Shown: positions 46,058 to 55,899 of the stretch, piece after piece
How the letters are laid out: each line of letters begins with the position of its first letter
Position numbering within the stretch: the first letter of the stretch is position 1
Assembly (NCBI GenBank): GCA_035518095.1
Contig: DATIXX010000035.1
Coordinates: forward strand, 30,430 to 94,429
Length of the DNA: 64,000 nt
DNA from: Burkholderiales bacterium
Lineage (GTDB): Bacteria > Pseudomonadota > Gammaproteobacteria > Burkholderiales > JAHFRG01
Reading direction: 5' to 3'
Made by a program: the position numbers and the translations under genes
The notes under the pieces: generated by a model
Seen by the model: the letters and a program-made list of their open reading frames with translations, nothing else
What the model was told of the DNA's origin: nothing
Database searches by the model: none

Positions 46058-46120
46058 TTAAGCTTGGCGCATTACGGGCCACAAAATTAGACCGAGAAGG
46101 TCTTTCCGCCGGAGAGCGCG

Positions 46121-47140
46121 ATGCGCGCGATGATCCTTGGTGCGCCTCACGAAAGATTGCATTTATCGGAATTGCCGGTCCCGACGCCGGGACCCGGCCA
46201 AGTCCTGGTGCGGGTTCACGCCTGCGGCGTTTGTAGAACCGACCTGCACGTGGTGGATGGCGACCTTACCGAGGGCAAACGGCCCATCATACCCGGCCAT
46301 GAAATAGTCGGAAACGTTGCCGCGAAAGGCGAAGGCGTAGAGCGTTTTGCGTTAGGCGAGCGGGTCGGCGTGCCCTGGCTGGGTTATACCTGCGGCAGCT
46401 GCGGTTACTGTCGTACCGGGCGGGAAAACCTGTGCGACAAGGCGCGCTTCACCGGATATGACATCGACGGCGGCTATGCCGAATACACGGTTGCGGACCA
46501 GCGCTACTGTTTTCCCATACCAAAGGAATATAGCGACGTAGAAGCGGCTCCCCTGCTTTGCGCAGGCTTGATCGGCTATCGTTCGCTGGTCGCGGCAGGC
46601 GATGCAAAACGGCTTGGCATTTACGGCTTCGGCGCCGCGGCGCATATTATTGCGCAGGTCGCGCGCTATCAAGGCCGCGATGTTTTCGCCTTCACCCGCC
46701 GGGAAGACCACGCGGCGCAAGCCCTGGCACGCAGGCTCGGCGCAGCGTGGGCCGGGAGTTCCGATGAACGCGCCCCGCAAGAACTTGATGCCGCCATTTT
46801 GTTTGCGCCGGTCGGCAGCCTAATTCCAGCAGCGCTGAATGCTGTCGCAAAAGGCGGTGTCGTGGTGTGCGCCGGAATCCATATGAGCGATATTCCCAGT
46901 TTCCCTTACCATGATCTCTGGGGTGAACGGGTGATTCGTTCCGTTGCCAACCTCACGCGGCATGACGGCGAGGAGTTTCTCAAACTTTGTCCCCGGGTAC
47001 CGGTGCGCGCTGAAGTAGAGCTTTTTGTACTGGAGCGCGCCAATGAAGCCTTGGCAAAACTTCGCGAAGGCAAGATTAGCGGCGCCGCAGTGCTGGACCT
47101 GGGGGCGCCCGCGCGGGGCATGCCGCCCGGCCCTGATTAG
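46121..47140 (+). CDS. zinc-dependent alcohol dehydrogenase
   Basis: 339 aa. Contains CGVCRTDLH, GHEIVG, a structural-zinc Cys cluster (CGSCGYCRTGRENLC) and GFGAAAH. Confidence 0.88.
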   Translation: MRAMILGAPHERLHLSELPVPTPGPGQVLVRVHACGVCRTDLHVVDGDLTEGKRPIIPGHEIVGNVAAKGEGVERFALGERVGVPWLGYTCGSCGYCRTGRENLCDKARFTGYDIDGGYAEYTVADQRYCFPIPKEYSDVEAAPLLCAGLIGYRSLVAAGDAKRLGIYGFGAAAHIIAQVARYQGRDVFAFTRREDHAAQALARRLGAAWAGSSDERAPQELDAAILFAPVGSLIPAALNAVAKGGVVVCAGIHMSDIPSFPYHDLWGERVIRSVANLTRHDGEEFLKLCPRVPVRAEVELFVLERANEALAKLREGKISGAAVLDLGAPARGMPPGPD

Positions 47141-47145
47141 AGAAA

Positions 47146-49704
47146 ATGGACTCGAAACAGGAATTCGCGATTCCCTCCGGCCTAAAGCGCGCAGAAGCTG
47201 CGCTCAGATTGCGGAGCGACGGTCCCAATGAGCTGCCATCCCGCAAGACCTCCGGACTGCTTGCCATCGCTTTGCAAGTAATGCGGGAACCCATGTTTCT
47301 GCTGCTGGGTGCCGCGGGTGCAATTTACTGCATTCTTGGCGACCTGCATGAAGCCCTTATTCTGCTCTCCTTCGTAGTGATGATCATGGGCATCACCATC
47401 TACCAGGAGCGCAAGACTGAGCGCGCGCTCGAAGCACTGCGTGATCTGTCGAGCCCGCGCGCGCTCGTCGTTCGCGACGGAACGCAGCAGCGCATTCCCG
47501 GCCGCGAAGTGGTGCGCGGCGATCTTCTTATTTTAAATGAGGGCGACCGCGTCGCGGCGGACGCGGTGTTGCTGTCCTGCAACGATCTTCGCGTCGACGA
47601 GTCGCTGCTGACAGGAGAATCAGTGCCGGTCAGCAAAATTCCCTGGGACGGCACGCAGCAACTGCAGCGCCCCGGCGGTGACAACCTGCCGTTCATCTTC
47701 TCCGGTACCTTGCTGGTGCAGGGCAAGGGAACAGCCGAGGTGTTGACCACCGGCGCGGCCACCGAAATCGGCAAGATCGGCAAAGTGCTGCAGACCATAA
47801 CCGCGGAATCGACGCCGCTGCAGCAGAAAACCGGAACTTTTGTTCGCAAGCTTGCGATTGCCGGGTTGCTTCTGTCTGCAACGGTAGTGATTTTGTACGG
47901 ACTTAACCGCGGCGACTGGCTGGCTGGCACGCTCGCAGGCATAACCCTGGCGATGGCACTTCTGCCGCAGGAATTCCCGGTAGTTGTCACCGTGTTTCTT
48001 GCGTTAGGTGCCTGGCGCATTTCGCATCAACGGGTTCTGACACGCAACATTCCCGCGATCGAAGCGCTGGGTTCCACTACTGTTTTATGCGTGGACAAAA
48101 CCGGCACACTTACGTTAAATCGTATGAAGGTGCGCAAGCTATACGCAGGCGGCGGATTCCTCGATATCCAACCTGACCCCGCGGGCGAGCTTCCCGAGCA
48201 ATTTCACGAGCTGGTGGAATATGGAATCCTGGCAAGCGAAATCGAACCTTTCGATCCAATGGAGAAAGCGCTGATGGACCTCGGCCAGCGCTTTCTTTCG
48301 CAGACCGAGCATCTGCATTATGACTGGGCGCTGAAACACGAATACGCGCTGACTCCGGAGTTGCTTGCCCACACGCACGCATGGAAAACGCCCGAAGGAC
48401 ACGGCTACATCGTGGCCACCAAGGGTGCGCCTGAAGCTATCGCCGATCTTTGCCACCTGCCTGAAAACCGGCGCGATGACCTGGCCGGAAAAGTGAAGCA
48501 AATGGCGACCGAAGGTTTGCGCGTGCTGGGTGTGGCGCGGGCGCGTTTCGATGGCCCGCGCTGGCCTGACGGACAGCACGACTTCGACTTTGAATTGGTT
48601 GGGCTGGTAGGACTCGCCGACCCGGTGCGACCCACTGTCGCGGCTGCGCTCGCCGACTGCTACAGTGCGGGCATCCGCGTGGTGATGATTACGGGCGATT
48701 ATCCCGGCACCGCGCAGGCCATCGCACGGCAAATCGGCCTTGCGCAGCACGATCAAATAATCACCGGCTCGGAGCTCGACGGTATGGGCGATGCGGAGCT
48801 GCAGCAGCGTATTCGCAACGTCAACGTCTTCGCGCGGGTCGTGCCGGAACAGAAATTACGCATAGTTAGCGCTTTTAAAGCGAATGGAGAAATCGTGGCC
48901 ATGACCGGCGATGGAGTAAACGATGCGCCTGCGCTCAAAGCCGCCCATATCGGCGTAGCGATGGGCGCACGCGGCACCGATGTTGCGCGCGAGGCCGCTT
49001 CTCTCACCCTGCTTGATGACGATTTCGCCTCTATTGTTGGCGCCATGCGCATGGGGCGACGCATCTACGATAACATCCGTCATGCGATGACCTACATAAT
49101 GGCCGTGCATGTGCCCACCGCCGGCATGTCGCTTTTTCCGCTGCTTCTGGGCTGGCCATTAATGTTGTTCCCGGTGCATATTGTATTCCTCGAATTCGTT
49201 ATCGACCCGGCTTGCTCGATTGCATTTGAGGCGGAACCCGGTGAAAAGGATCTGATGCAACGCCGGCCACGCGACCCGCGCGCGCCCCTGTTCAGCGGCC
49301 TCGCTTTGTCGTTGAGCTTGCTGCAGGGAGTAGGCCTGTTGATCATCGTTGGCGCGGTCTACGCCTACTCGCTGGGTTCGGGTGCCTCGGGCAATGAGGC
49401 GCGCGCGCTCGCGTTCACGACCATAGTTTTGGGCAATCTCGGGCTCATCCTCGCCAACCGTTCTCATGTACGCCCTTTGTTGACCGTGCTGCGCACGCCC
49501 AATGCGGCGTTGTGGTGGATTGTGTGCGGAACACTTATCGGCCTCGCGCTGGTGATGCTCTTCCCGCCGCTGCGCGACGTATTTCGGTTCGCCCCGCTGC
49601 ACCCGCGCGAGATGATGATAAGCGCTGCGGCAACCTTTATAGCGATATTGTGGTTTGAGCTGGTCAAGCGTTTCCCCGAAATAAGCGGATTCGGAAACAG
49701 TTAA
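47146..49704 (+). CDS. P2-type cation-transporting ATPase (Ca2+/unknown cation)
   Basis: 852 aa. Contains [17 protein letters not shown] and [22 protein letters not shown]. Starts 5 nt after adh. Confidence 0.85.
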   Translation: MDSKQEFAIPSGLKRAEAALRLRSDGPNELPSRKTSGLLAIALQVMREPMFLLLGAAGAIYCILGDLHEALILLSFVVMIMGITIYQERKTERALEALRDLSSPRALVVRDGTQQRIPGREVVRGDLLILNEGDRVAADAVLLSCNDLRVDESLLTGESVPVSKIPWDGTQQLQRPGGDNLPFIFSGTLLVQGKGTAEVLTTGAATEIGKIGKVLQTITAESTPLQQKTGTFVRKLAIAGLLLSATVVILYGLNRGDWLAGTLAGITLAMALLPQEFPVVVTVFLALGAWRISHQRVLTRNIPAIEALGSTTVLCVDKTGTLTLNRMKVRKLYAGGGFLDIQPDPAGELPEQFHELVEYGILASEIEPFDPMEKALMDLGQRFLSQTEHLHYDWALKHEYALTPELLAHTHAWKTPEGHGYIVATKGAPEAIADLCHLPENRRDDLAGKVKQMATEGLRVLGVARARFDGPRWPDGQHDFDFELVGLVGLADPVRPTVAAALADCYSAGIRVVMITGDYPGTAQAIARQIGLAQHDQIITGSELDGMGDAELQQRIRNVNVFARVVPEQKLRIVSAFKANGEIVAMTGDGVNDAPALKAAHIGVAMGARGTDVAREAASLTLLDDDFASIVGAMRMGRRIYDNIRHAMTYIMAVHVPTAGMSLFPLLLGWPLMLFPVHIVFLEFVIDPACSIAFEAEPGEKDLMQRRPRDPRAPLFSGLALSLSLLQGVGLLIIVGAVYAYSLGSGASGNEARALAFTTIVLGNLGLILANRSHVRPLLTVLRTPNAALWWIVCGTLIGLALVMLFPPLRDVFRFAPLHPREMMISAAATFIAILWFELVKRFPEISGFGNS

Positions 49705-49723
49705 TATCTGCAGAGGCGCGCGC

Positions 49724-50761
49724 GTGCAAAAGCTTCCCACAGTAAAACGCGATACCGAGTTCGCGCTTTCGGCGAAAGTCGCTTTCTTGAAACAAGCGCA
49801 GGTTTATCCGGAACCGACATCCGATGTAAAAACCGTGGAAACCCACCGGTCATGGGTTTTCCTGACTAATCAGTACGCCTACAAATTAAAAAAGCCGGTG
49901 CGCTCCGCATTCATGGACTCGAGCACGGTTGCCGCGAGAAAGTATTACTGCGAGGAAGAGGTGCGGCTCAACCGGCGTTTGGCGGGTGATGTCTATATCG
50001 CGACAATCCCATTGACCGCGGACCGCGCTGATAAGCTCGAATTGAACGGCGTAGGACCCGCCGTAGACTGGTTGGTGAAAATGCGCCGTTTGCCCGCCCA
50101 CCGCATGCTCGACATTGTTATCCTGGGCAAGCAAATCGAGGACAGGCAGACGCGTGCGGTTGCGGAAAAGCTGGCCAGATTCTACCAGGCCTCAGCGCCG
50201 GTGAGCATCGCCGCGATCGATTACTGGTCCGGGTTTGAACGCGACGTCCGCGCCAATCTCGGCGAGCTCAGCCGCCCGGTGTTTGGCATGCCTAAAGAGT
50301 TAATCGAAGCACCGTGCGCCGCCCAGTTGAATTTGCTAAGCTCGGCCCCGGCCATGTTTGACCAGAGAGTTCGCGATGGAAGAATCATAGAAGGCCACGG
50401 CGATCTTCGGCCGGAACATATATGCCTGCTGGAACCGGAGCCTGTCATTATCGATTGTCTGGAGTTCAACCGCGAGCTGCGGACCCTGGATGCGGCGGCC
50501 GACCTGGCTTTTCTCGCGCAGGAGTGCGAACGTTTAGGCGCTCCACAAGTCGGGAAAATCATTTTGGACGTATATAGTGATGTGACGCATGATCGTCCAT
50601 CGCCGGTATTGCTGAGCTTCTACAAGAGTTTTTGGGCCTGCGTGCGCGCCAAGCTTTGCGTCTGGCATCTCATCGATCCGATATGCCGCGACCCCGCGAA
50701 ATGGTCGCAACTGGCGATGGAATATTTGGCGCGCGCCGGAAACTATGCCGGGGGTTTTTGA
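49724..50761 (+). CDS. protein-kinase-fold (APH/ChoK-like phosphotransferase) protein, function unknown
   Basis: 345 aa with a GTG start 19 nt after the ATPase gene. Catalytic-loop-like GHGDLRPEHICL, with a downstream DCLEF. Confidence 0.5.
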   Translation: MQKLPTVKRDTEFALSAKVAFLKQAQVYPEPTSDVKTVETHRSWVFLTNQYAYKLKKPVRSAFMDSSTVAARKYYCEEEVRLNRRLAGDVYIATIPLTADRADKLELNGVGPAVDWLVKMRRLPAHRMLDIVILGKQIEDRQTRAVAEKLARFYQASAPVSIAAIDYWSGFERDVRANLGELSRPVFGMPKELIEAPCAAQLNLLSSAPAMFDQRVRDGRIIEGHGDLRPEHICLLEPEPVIIDCLEFNRELRTLDAAADLAFLAQECERLGAPQVGKIILDVYSDVTHDRPSPVLLSFYKSFWACVRAKLCVWHLIDPICRDPAKWSQLAMEYLARAGNYAGGF

Positions 50762-50806
50762 CATGCCTGTTGCGTTTGCGACCGCATTGCGCCACAGCAT
50801 GACTGA

Positions 50807-51829
50807 TCACGATTGAAGCAGGTCTACAATCGATCCACCAGTGTGTATTCTCTCGATGGCATCCGCAAAGAGCTTGGCCGAATCCAAAATAGTCAGTTTT
50901 TCCTGAACCAACTGAACTTCCAGCCACAGCGGCGGCACGGTGTCGGTGATTACGATTGCATCAATCGGGGCAGCGCGCAGAATCGCGTTGGCATCCTGGG
51001 AAAATAGTCCGTGCGTCGCAGCTGCGTAGACTTGTTTTGCGCCGGCCAAACGGCACGCGGTGGCCGCCCGCGCAATCGTCGTGCCGCTGCTGATGAGGTC
51101 GTCAATGATCACCACCGAGCTGTTTTTCACTTCCGCGACCAGCGTTTCGCCGCTCACCGTGCCCAGCGCCCGGTATTTCTCCATGAAACCGCCGGCGACA
51201 TTGCGTGCCAGCCGGCGCATTAACGCCAAGCGGAATCTTTCGGCCCGTTTCACGCCGCCGACATCCGGCGAAAGCACCACAACTTCGTCCGCGGCCAACA
51301 GCTTCGCAAAGTGCTCGACAAACAGTTGTGCGGCTTCCAAATGATCGGTGCGGCAGCGGAACGCGTTCTGGTAGGCGGAAATGTTATGAACATCCATGGT
51401 CAAGACGCGATCTGCGCCGACGGCTTCAAACATGCCGGCAACGTAGCGTGTCGTTACCGGATCGCGCGGCTGAGACTTCCAGTCTTTGCGAGCGTAACAA
51501 AGGTACGGTACTACTGCGGTTACACGTGACGCGGACGCGTCTTTGACGGCGCCAAGAAAAAACAATAACCGGCAAAGCTTGTCATTAACGCTTTGCTGGC
51601 GGTCTCGGTAGAGCGACTGAATGACGAACACGTCCTTGCCGCGAACGTTTGCCAGCGCTCGCGATTTATGCTCGCCGTCCACAAATTCCCGTTCCTCGTG
51701 CGCGGTGAGGGAAATACCGAGATGCCGGCTGATCGATGCGCCAAAATCATGGCTCGCATTAAGCGCAAACAAGCAAGCGCTATCCAGGCCCATGTCCGAT
51801 CCCTGTTTCACATAAAGGCATAAGGCCAA
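50807..51829 (-). CDS. ribose-phosphate pyrophosphokinase-like phosphoribosyltransferase
   Basis: About 330 aa. Prs-like N-terminal half ([28 protein letters not shown]) and a PRTase P-loop ([13 protein letters not shown]). An alternative start, MGLDS, is at 51793. Confidence 0.75.
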   Translation of the reverse strand: MALCLYVKQGSDMGLDSACLFALNASHDFGASISRHLGISLTAHEEREFVDGEHKSRALANVRGKDVFVIQSLYRDRQQSVNDKLCRLLFFLGAVKDASASRVTAVVPYLCYARKDWKSQPRDPVTTRYVAGMFEAVGADRVLTMDVHNISAYQNAFRCRTDHLEAAQLFVEHFAKLLAADEVVVLSPDVGGVKRAERFRLALMRRLARNVAGGFMEKYRALGTVSGETLVAEVKNSSVVIIDDLISSGTTIARAATACRLAGAKQVYAAATHGLFSQDANAILRAAPIDAIVITDTVPPLWLEVQLVQEKLTILDSAKLFADAIERIHTGGSIVDLLQS

Positions 51830-51945
51830 CCCCCTCTACGCCTCAAATTACAATTTCCTGACCGCGACCCCGGGTCGATGTTCTTCACTGCCTGTTTTTC
51901 GTTAACCTTCGCAACTTCGTTACTATTCTTGATTCGCTGCAAAAG

Positions 51946-52440
51946 CTAACGGGCACCGCCTTTCGCAGATGGCGATGCGCCTTTGACGAGGCTTGCCTCG
52001 CGGTGAACCAGTACCGGGACGGGGCTGTGGGTGATCACCTTGACAGTTTCGCTGCCAAGCACGACAGCGGAAACGCCTTTTTTGCCGTGCGACGCCATGT
52101 AAATAAGATCGCAGCCCTTATTCCTCGCGGTTTTGATGATGTCCGCGTAAGGCGAATCGCCCGCAATGCAAAAGCATTGGCTTCGAACGCCAGCTCTTGC
52201 AGCCGTTTGTTCAATCTGCGCGACATATTGCTTGGCATGCTCATTAAACATGGCTTTCAGCCGCGCGCGTGGTTTCGAGGCACCGTGCGCCCAGCCTTTC
52301 AAAAGCGTAGCTCGAAAACTTGGCGTTACATGCAAACCGGTCACACGAGCACCGATCGCCTTTGCAAATTCAATTCCGCTTTCCACCGCCCTCTCGGATA
52401 ATGGCGAGCCGTCTGTCGGCAATAAAATGTGCTTGTACAT
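51946..52440 (-). CDS. universal stress protein (UspA family)
   Basis: Start trimmed to MYKHILLPTDGS, the ATG at 52440 that follows GAGG. Contains ASHGKKGVSAVVLGSETVKVI. Confidence 0.85.
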   Translation of the reverse strand: MYKHILLPTDGSPLSERAVESGIEFAKAIGARVTGLHVTPSFRATLLKGWAHGASKPRARLKAMFNEHAKQYVAQIEQTAARAGVRSQCFCIAGDSPYADIIKTARNKGCDLIYMASHGKKGVSAVVLGSETVKVITHSPVPVLVHREASLVKGASPSAKGGAR

Positions 52441-52516
52441 GACAACCTCGTTTCGATTTACGCCTTTCGGCACGGCATTTCAACGCTTGCGTGCCTTGCT
52501 CAGCCTAGAGGTTGGG

Positions 52517-52684
52517 CTATCGTCCGCGGGCGTGTTCCAACCTGATACCAACCAGCTCAAGCGCGATTGCGACAGCGAACAGCACTAAGCCCCACCATAC
52601 CTCCGGCGCGAGCCACATCAGCACCGCGCCTAACACCAACAATGCCGCAGCTAGCGCGCGTCTTTTTTTCCGGTTCCTGATCAT
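52517..52684 (-). CDS. hypothetical 55-aa membrane peptide
   Basis: Below the ORF-track cutoff. Translation is MIRNRKKRRALAAALLVLGAVLMWLAPEVWWGLVLFAVAIALELVGIRLEHARGR: a basic N-terminus followed by two hydrophobic helices. It sits in the operon between the Zn-ribbon gene and usp. Confidence 0.35.
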   Translation of the reverse strand: MIRNRKKRRALAAALLVLGAVLMWLAPEVWWGLVLFAVAIALELVGIRLEHARGR

Positions 52685-52778
52685 GTGCAGTCCGTCGGCG
52701 GTGTTAAGTCAGCGAAGAGTCGGTTTGGACACAGGTATCTCCTTTTGCGCTGATAAGCCACCGGCTCCAGGTATAAAT

Positions 52779-53276
52779 TTACCCCGTCCAGTTGACGCGC
52801 ACCGTGTACTCGTCCGGGCTGTACTTCACATCAAGGTCGCCGCGGTATGCACGGCGCACCGCTTCGCCGATACGGCGCGGAAGATGCACGTCCGTGGTTG
52901 TAATTACGATCTTATCCGGCTGGTCTTCTATTTCCATAATCCGGTGCAGCGGGTGGTCCGATTTTTCCTTAGTTTCCTCGTGCCGAACAAGGCGCATCAG
53001 TTCCTCGCGGCGACTGGTCATCGCTTCGCCACTCAGGGTGACGTAACCCGCGGGGAAGTGATCGCGCGTTCTGTGGCATGCTGGACAGACATAATCCCGC
53101 GCGTCAGTGGGACGTGGCAATCTCTGCCAGCGGCCTTGATGGAACACGATACCGCAGCTGGGGCACGCCGACGGCTCTGGCGGCTTGGCGCGCGCCTGAT
53201 ACGGGTCGTGCACGACTTCCTCAATCTGGCGATCGAGATGATGGTGGCGATGGGCTCTAGGTTCTTTTCTGCTCAT
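52779..53276 (-). CDS. conserved hypothetical zinc-ribbon protein
   Basis: 165 aa with paired CxxC motifs (CPSCG...CPACH). Preferred over the antisense 263-aa ORF (52512..53303), which is Arg/Ala-rich and of low complexity. Confidence 0.55.
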   Translation of the reverse strand: MSRKEPRAHRHHHLDRQIEEVVHDPYQARAKPPEPSACPSCGIVFHQGRWQRLPRPTDARDYVCPACHRTRDHFPAGYVTLSGEAMTSRREELMRLVRHEETKEKSDHPLHRIMEIEDQPDKIVITTTDVHLPRRIGEAVRRAYRGDLDVKYSPDEYTVRVNWTG

Positions 53277-53294
53277 GGCAACTCTTTTTGCCGG

Positions 53295-53660
53295 CTATTT
53301 TGAATCGGTCTCGCTTCCGCTGCGTTGCGGTTCTCTATGGTGTTTCACCGCGCCGCGCGTGCGCCGACTGCTGTCTTCCAACTGGCGGCACGCAGCGTCA
53401 AAAGCGTCGCGCAACGCGACATAGACATCCTCGTGGGCATCGCGATTGACAGCTATCGTGTCGCCGGGCACATTTAAATCAATCCTCACATTGAAGCGAT
53501 TGCCTTGATGTTTATGCTTGTGAGGCTGTTCCACTGTGACGTGGCAGCGCAGCACCTGCGGATGAAATGAATCCAGCTTCTGGGCTTTTTCTCGGATATG
53601 CGTCTCGAGCGCATCCGAGTGACTGATCCCGTGAAAGACGATTTGCAATGGTGTTTGCAC
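53295..53660 (-). CDS. hpf: ribosome hibernation factor (HPF/RaiA family)
   Basis: Contains QIVFHGISHSDALETHIREKAQKLDSFHP...VTVEQPHKHKHQGNRFNVRIDLNVPG. The likely start is the GTG at 53660, just after the CBS stop. The ORF-track ATG at 53720 would overlap the CBS gene by 50 nt. Confidence 0.78.
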   Translation of the reverse strand: MQTPLQIVFHGISHSDALETHIREKAQKLDSFHPQVLRCHVTVEQPHKHKHQGNRFNVRIDLNVPGDTIAVNRDAHEDVYVALRDAFDAACRQLEDSSRRTRGAVKHHREPQRSGSETDSK

Positions 53661-53670
53661 GGTCCGTAAC

Positions 53671-54129
53671 TCAGACACTGATTCGTCTCGTTTCTTGCTC
53701 CCGTTTGTGCTCGCGCGCAACCATGGTCGCGAGCGCGGACAGTTCCTCAGCGAGCAGAATCAGGAGATCATCGGCCGCAACGACGCCGACAAGCGCGCCT
53801 GCGTCGTCGGTTACCGGCAGGCGCCGTACGCCTTTCAGCCGCATGAGCTCCGCTGTTTCCGCCACTCCGGCATCCTCGCGCACTGCCAAAAGTTCTTGGC
53901 CCATCACGTCCCCCACCTGAATCGCATCCGGGTTAAGCCCAAGCGCCACGACCGCGACCACGATATCCCGATCCGTCAGAATTCCCGCCGGAATACGTTT
54001 CCCGTTGGGTTCGTCTACAATCACCAGGCTTCCAATGTGCGACTCGCGCATTAAACTTGCGGCTGCCTTTATAGTGGTGTCCCTGCGCGCGAACACCACC
54101 TCCCGGCTGCAGATTTCTCCAATTGCCAT
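53671..54129 (-). CDS. CBS-domain pair protein
   Basis: 152 aa with two CBS repeats (ICSREVVFA...GSLVIVD; VGDVMGQELLAV...RRLPVTDD). Confidence 0.85.
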   Translation of the reverse strand: MAIGEICSREVVFARRDTTIKAAASLMRESHIGSLVIVDEPNGKRIPAGILTDRDIVVAVVALGLNPDAIQVGDVMGQELLAVREDAGVAETAELMRLKGVRRLPVTDDAGALVGVVAADDLLILLAEELSALATMVAREHKREQETRRISV

Positions 54130-54183
54130 GATATCTCCCTCTAAAAACCAAATTCATTATGCTCGCACCCGCAGCATGCCGCT

Positions 54184-54197
54184 TTGATCTAAATCAA
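54184..54197. promoter_or_regulatory. FNR/Anr box, perfect consensus
   Basis: TTGATCTAAATCAA, the same 14-mer as at 32778. It lies 55 nt upstream of the CBS gene ATG. Confidence 0.8.
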
Positions 54198-54260
54198 AAC
54201 GGTATAAGCATCATGAGGTAGCGGGTGGACATTACGCAACAAGCGGTCCTCGGTAGCTTT

Positions 54261-55514
54261 TTATTCTCTCACAATATTGACGAGTATCAAGCCCAATGCC
54301 GTCGCGATCGACAAGGTATAAAAGACAGCGGGCCAGTTACCGGTTAATTGTAAAAGCCCGCCGATCACAATCCCTTGCAACCCAGCCCCAATATAGTTAA
54401 ACAGGTCGACGACGCCAACCGCAGTCGCGGCCATCCTGCGCCCGCCGAAATCGCATGCTGCAGCAAACAAATCACCGATCGCGCCCAGCGCGAAAAAGCC
54501 GCCGAGCACCAGCAGCGCGAAAGAGCCGTGGAGACCGATCTCCCTGATGCCAAAATGCGCCATCGCAAGCATAATCGCGATGAAACACCCCATGTAGATA
54601 TTTAGCACCTGAAAGCGCTTGGCACGGAAGAATCTGTCGGCTATCCATCCCGCGGCAAGCGGCCCCAACATTATTCCAAGAGGCAGCGCTACAGTCGCAG
54701 CGGGTATATTCGAGAGGGGGACGCCCGATGTTTCGGCGTAATAAAGGGGAATCCAGGTGAGAAGCCCGTAGCGTCCCACGTGCATCAGCATGGATGCCGC
54801 CGCATACAGCATAAATTTCCAGTTCGAGAAGAGAATTTTCCACGCCTTGACTCCGCGAGTTTCCTCAGGCGTGTAATGCTCCGCTTTGGCGGAGATCGAA
54901 TCGGTCAGCGTCTCTTGGTAGGGAGGAAAATTGGCGTCCTGGGGCCTGCTGCGCACGACCAAAAACATGACTATCGTTATTGGCAACGTGAATAACAAAA
55001 CCGGATACGCAAAAGCAGCGCGCCAGCCGTAATGTGTTACGAAATAACCGGTAATAAGCCAAACCACCAGCGTTGAAACTCCGGTCGACGCCGCGTAGAG
55101 TCCCGTTGCAAAGCCGCGCTTGGATTTCGGATACCACTGACTGATCATGCCGTTGGTCGATGCGTAAGCCTGCCCCTGAATGAAACCGTTCACAAAAAGC
55201 GCGCCCAAGATGAAATTAAGATTGGATAAGCCGGCGATCACGATATTCATGACGGTCGTCCCGATTCCGCCGATGGTATCCATGATGCGAGCGCCGTATT
55301 TGTCGGCCAACCGTCCGCTGAGAAACACGCCCAATGCATAGGCCCAAAGGATCGTGCTTGCGCCGAGTCCGGCGTTGAACTTGGTGATATTCAGGTCGCT
55401 GATGATCCAGGGGATGCAAAAGCTCCAGTCAAGGCGTCCCAGATAATAAAAGCTGTACCATGCCGCGGCCATGACCGTAATACGCCAGAAGCGGTAGCGG
55501 TCATAGGCAAGCAT
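54261..55514 (-). CDS. MFS transporter (organophosphate:Pi antiporter/GlpT-like by eye)
   Basis: 12 TM helices. Starts MLAYDRYRFWRITVMAAAWYSFYYLGR, the ATG at 55514. The ORF track extends to 55682, adding a non-membrane, Arg-rich leader. Confidence 0.75.
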   Translation of the reverse strand: MLAYDRYRFWRITVMAAAWYSFYYLGRLDWSFCIPWIISDLNITKFNAGLGASTILWAYALGVFLSGRLADKYGARIMDTIGGIGTTVMNIVIAGLSNLNFILGALFVNGFIQGQAYASTNGMISQWYPKSKRGFATGLYAASTGVSTLVVWLITGYFVTHYGWRAAFAYPVLLFTLPITIVMFLVVRSRPQDANFPPYQETLTDSISAKAEHYTPEETRGVKAWKILFSNWKFMLYAAASMLMHVGRYGLLTWIPLYYAETSGVPLSNIPAATVALPLGIMLGPLAAGWIADRFFRAKRFQVLNIYMGCFIAIMLAMAHFGIREIGLHGSFALLVLGGFFALGAIGDLFAAACDFGGRRMAATAVGVVDLFNYIGAGLQGIVIGGLLQLTGNWPAVFYTLSIATALGLILVNIVRE

Positions 55515-55899
55515 TTGCTGCTCGCTCAGTCCAAGCCCCTCGAATTCAGGAAAGCGCGAGCGATTTGTGGGCTCCAATCGCCTTCTCCTTAAGGATTTAA
55601 GCGTGCGAGCGCGCAGCTTGATTTCAATACTGGATAATTTGCATGACGCGGAATCATTCGATCGCCTACATTCTGGAATCAATATCCGGGTTGCGGTGTG
55701 AGCAGTTTTTCCGCAAGGGTATGTGCGAGCGTGTGTTTACTTTTACGTCACTCGTTTAGCGTTGCACCGAGTCGATCCGTGTTTTGCTGTCAACCAGATT
55801 AATTGTAATTCCCACCTTAGTTGCAAAAGATGTATCCGCCCCGCTGTCGACTTAGAGGAATTGCAGTTACCTCGATGATGGCGTGAAGCACCGGCTGAA

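Noticed and set aside
52512-53303. 263-aa plus-strand ORF
   Set aside because: It is antisense to the Zn-ribbon gene and the 55-aa ORF. Its composition is Arg/Ala/Pro-rich and low-complexity with no motif. The minus-strand ORF, with paired CxxC motifs, fits the surrounding operon.
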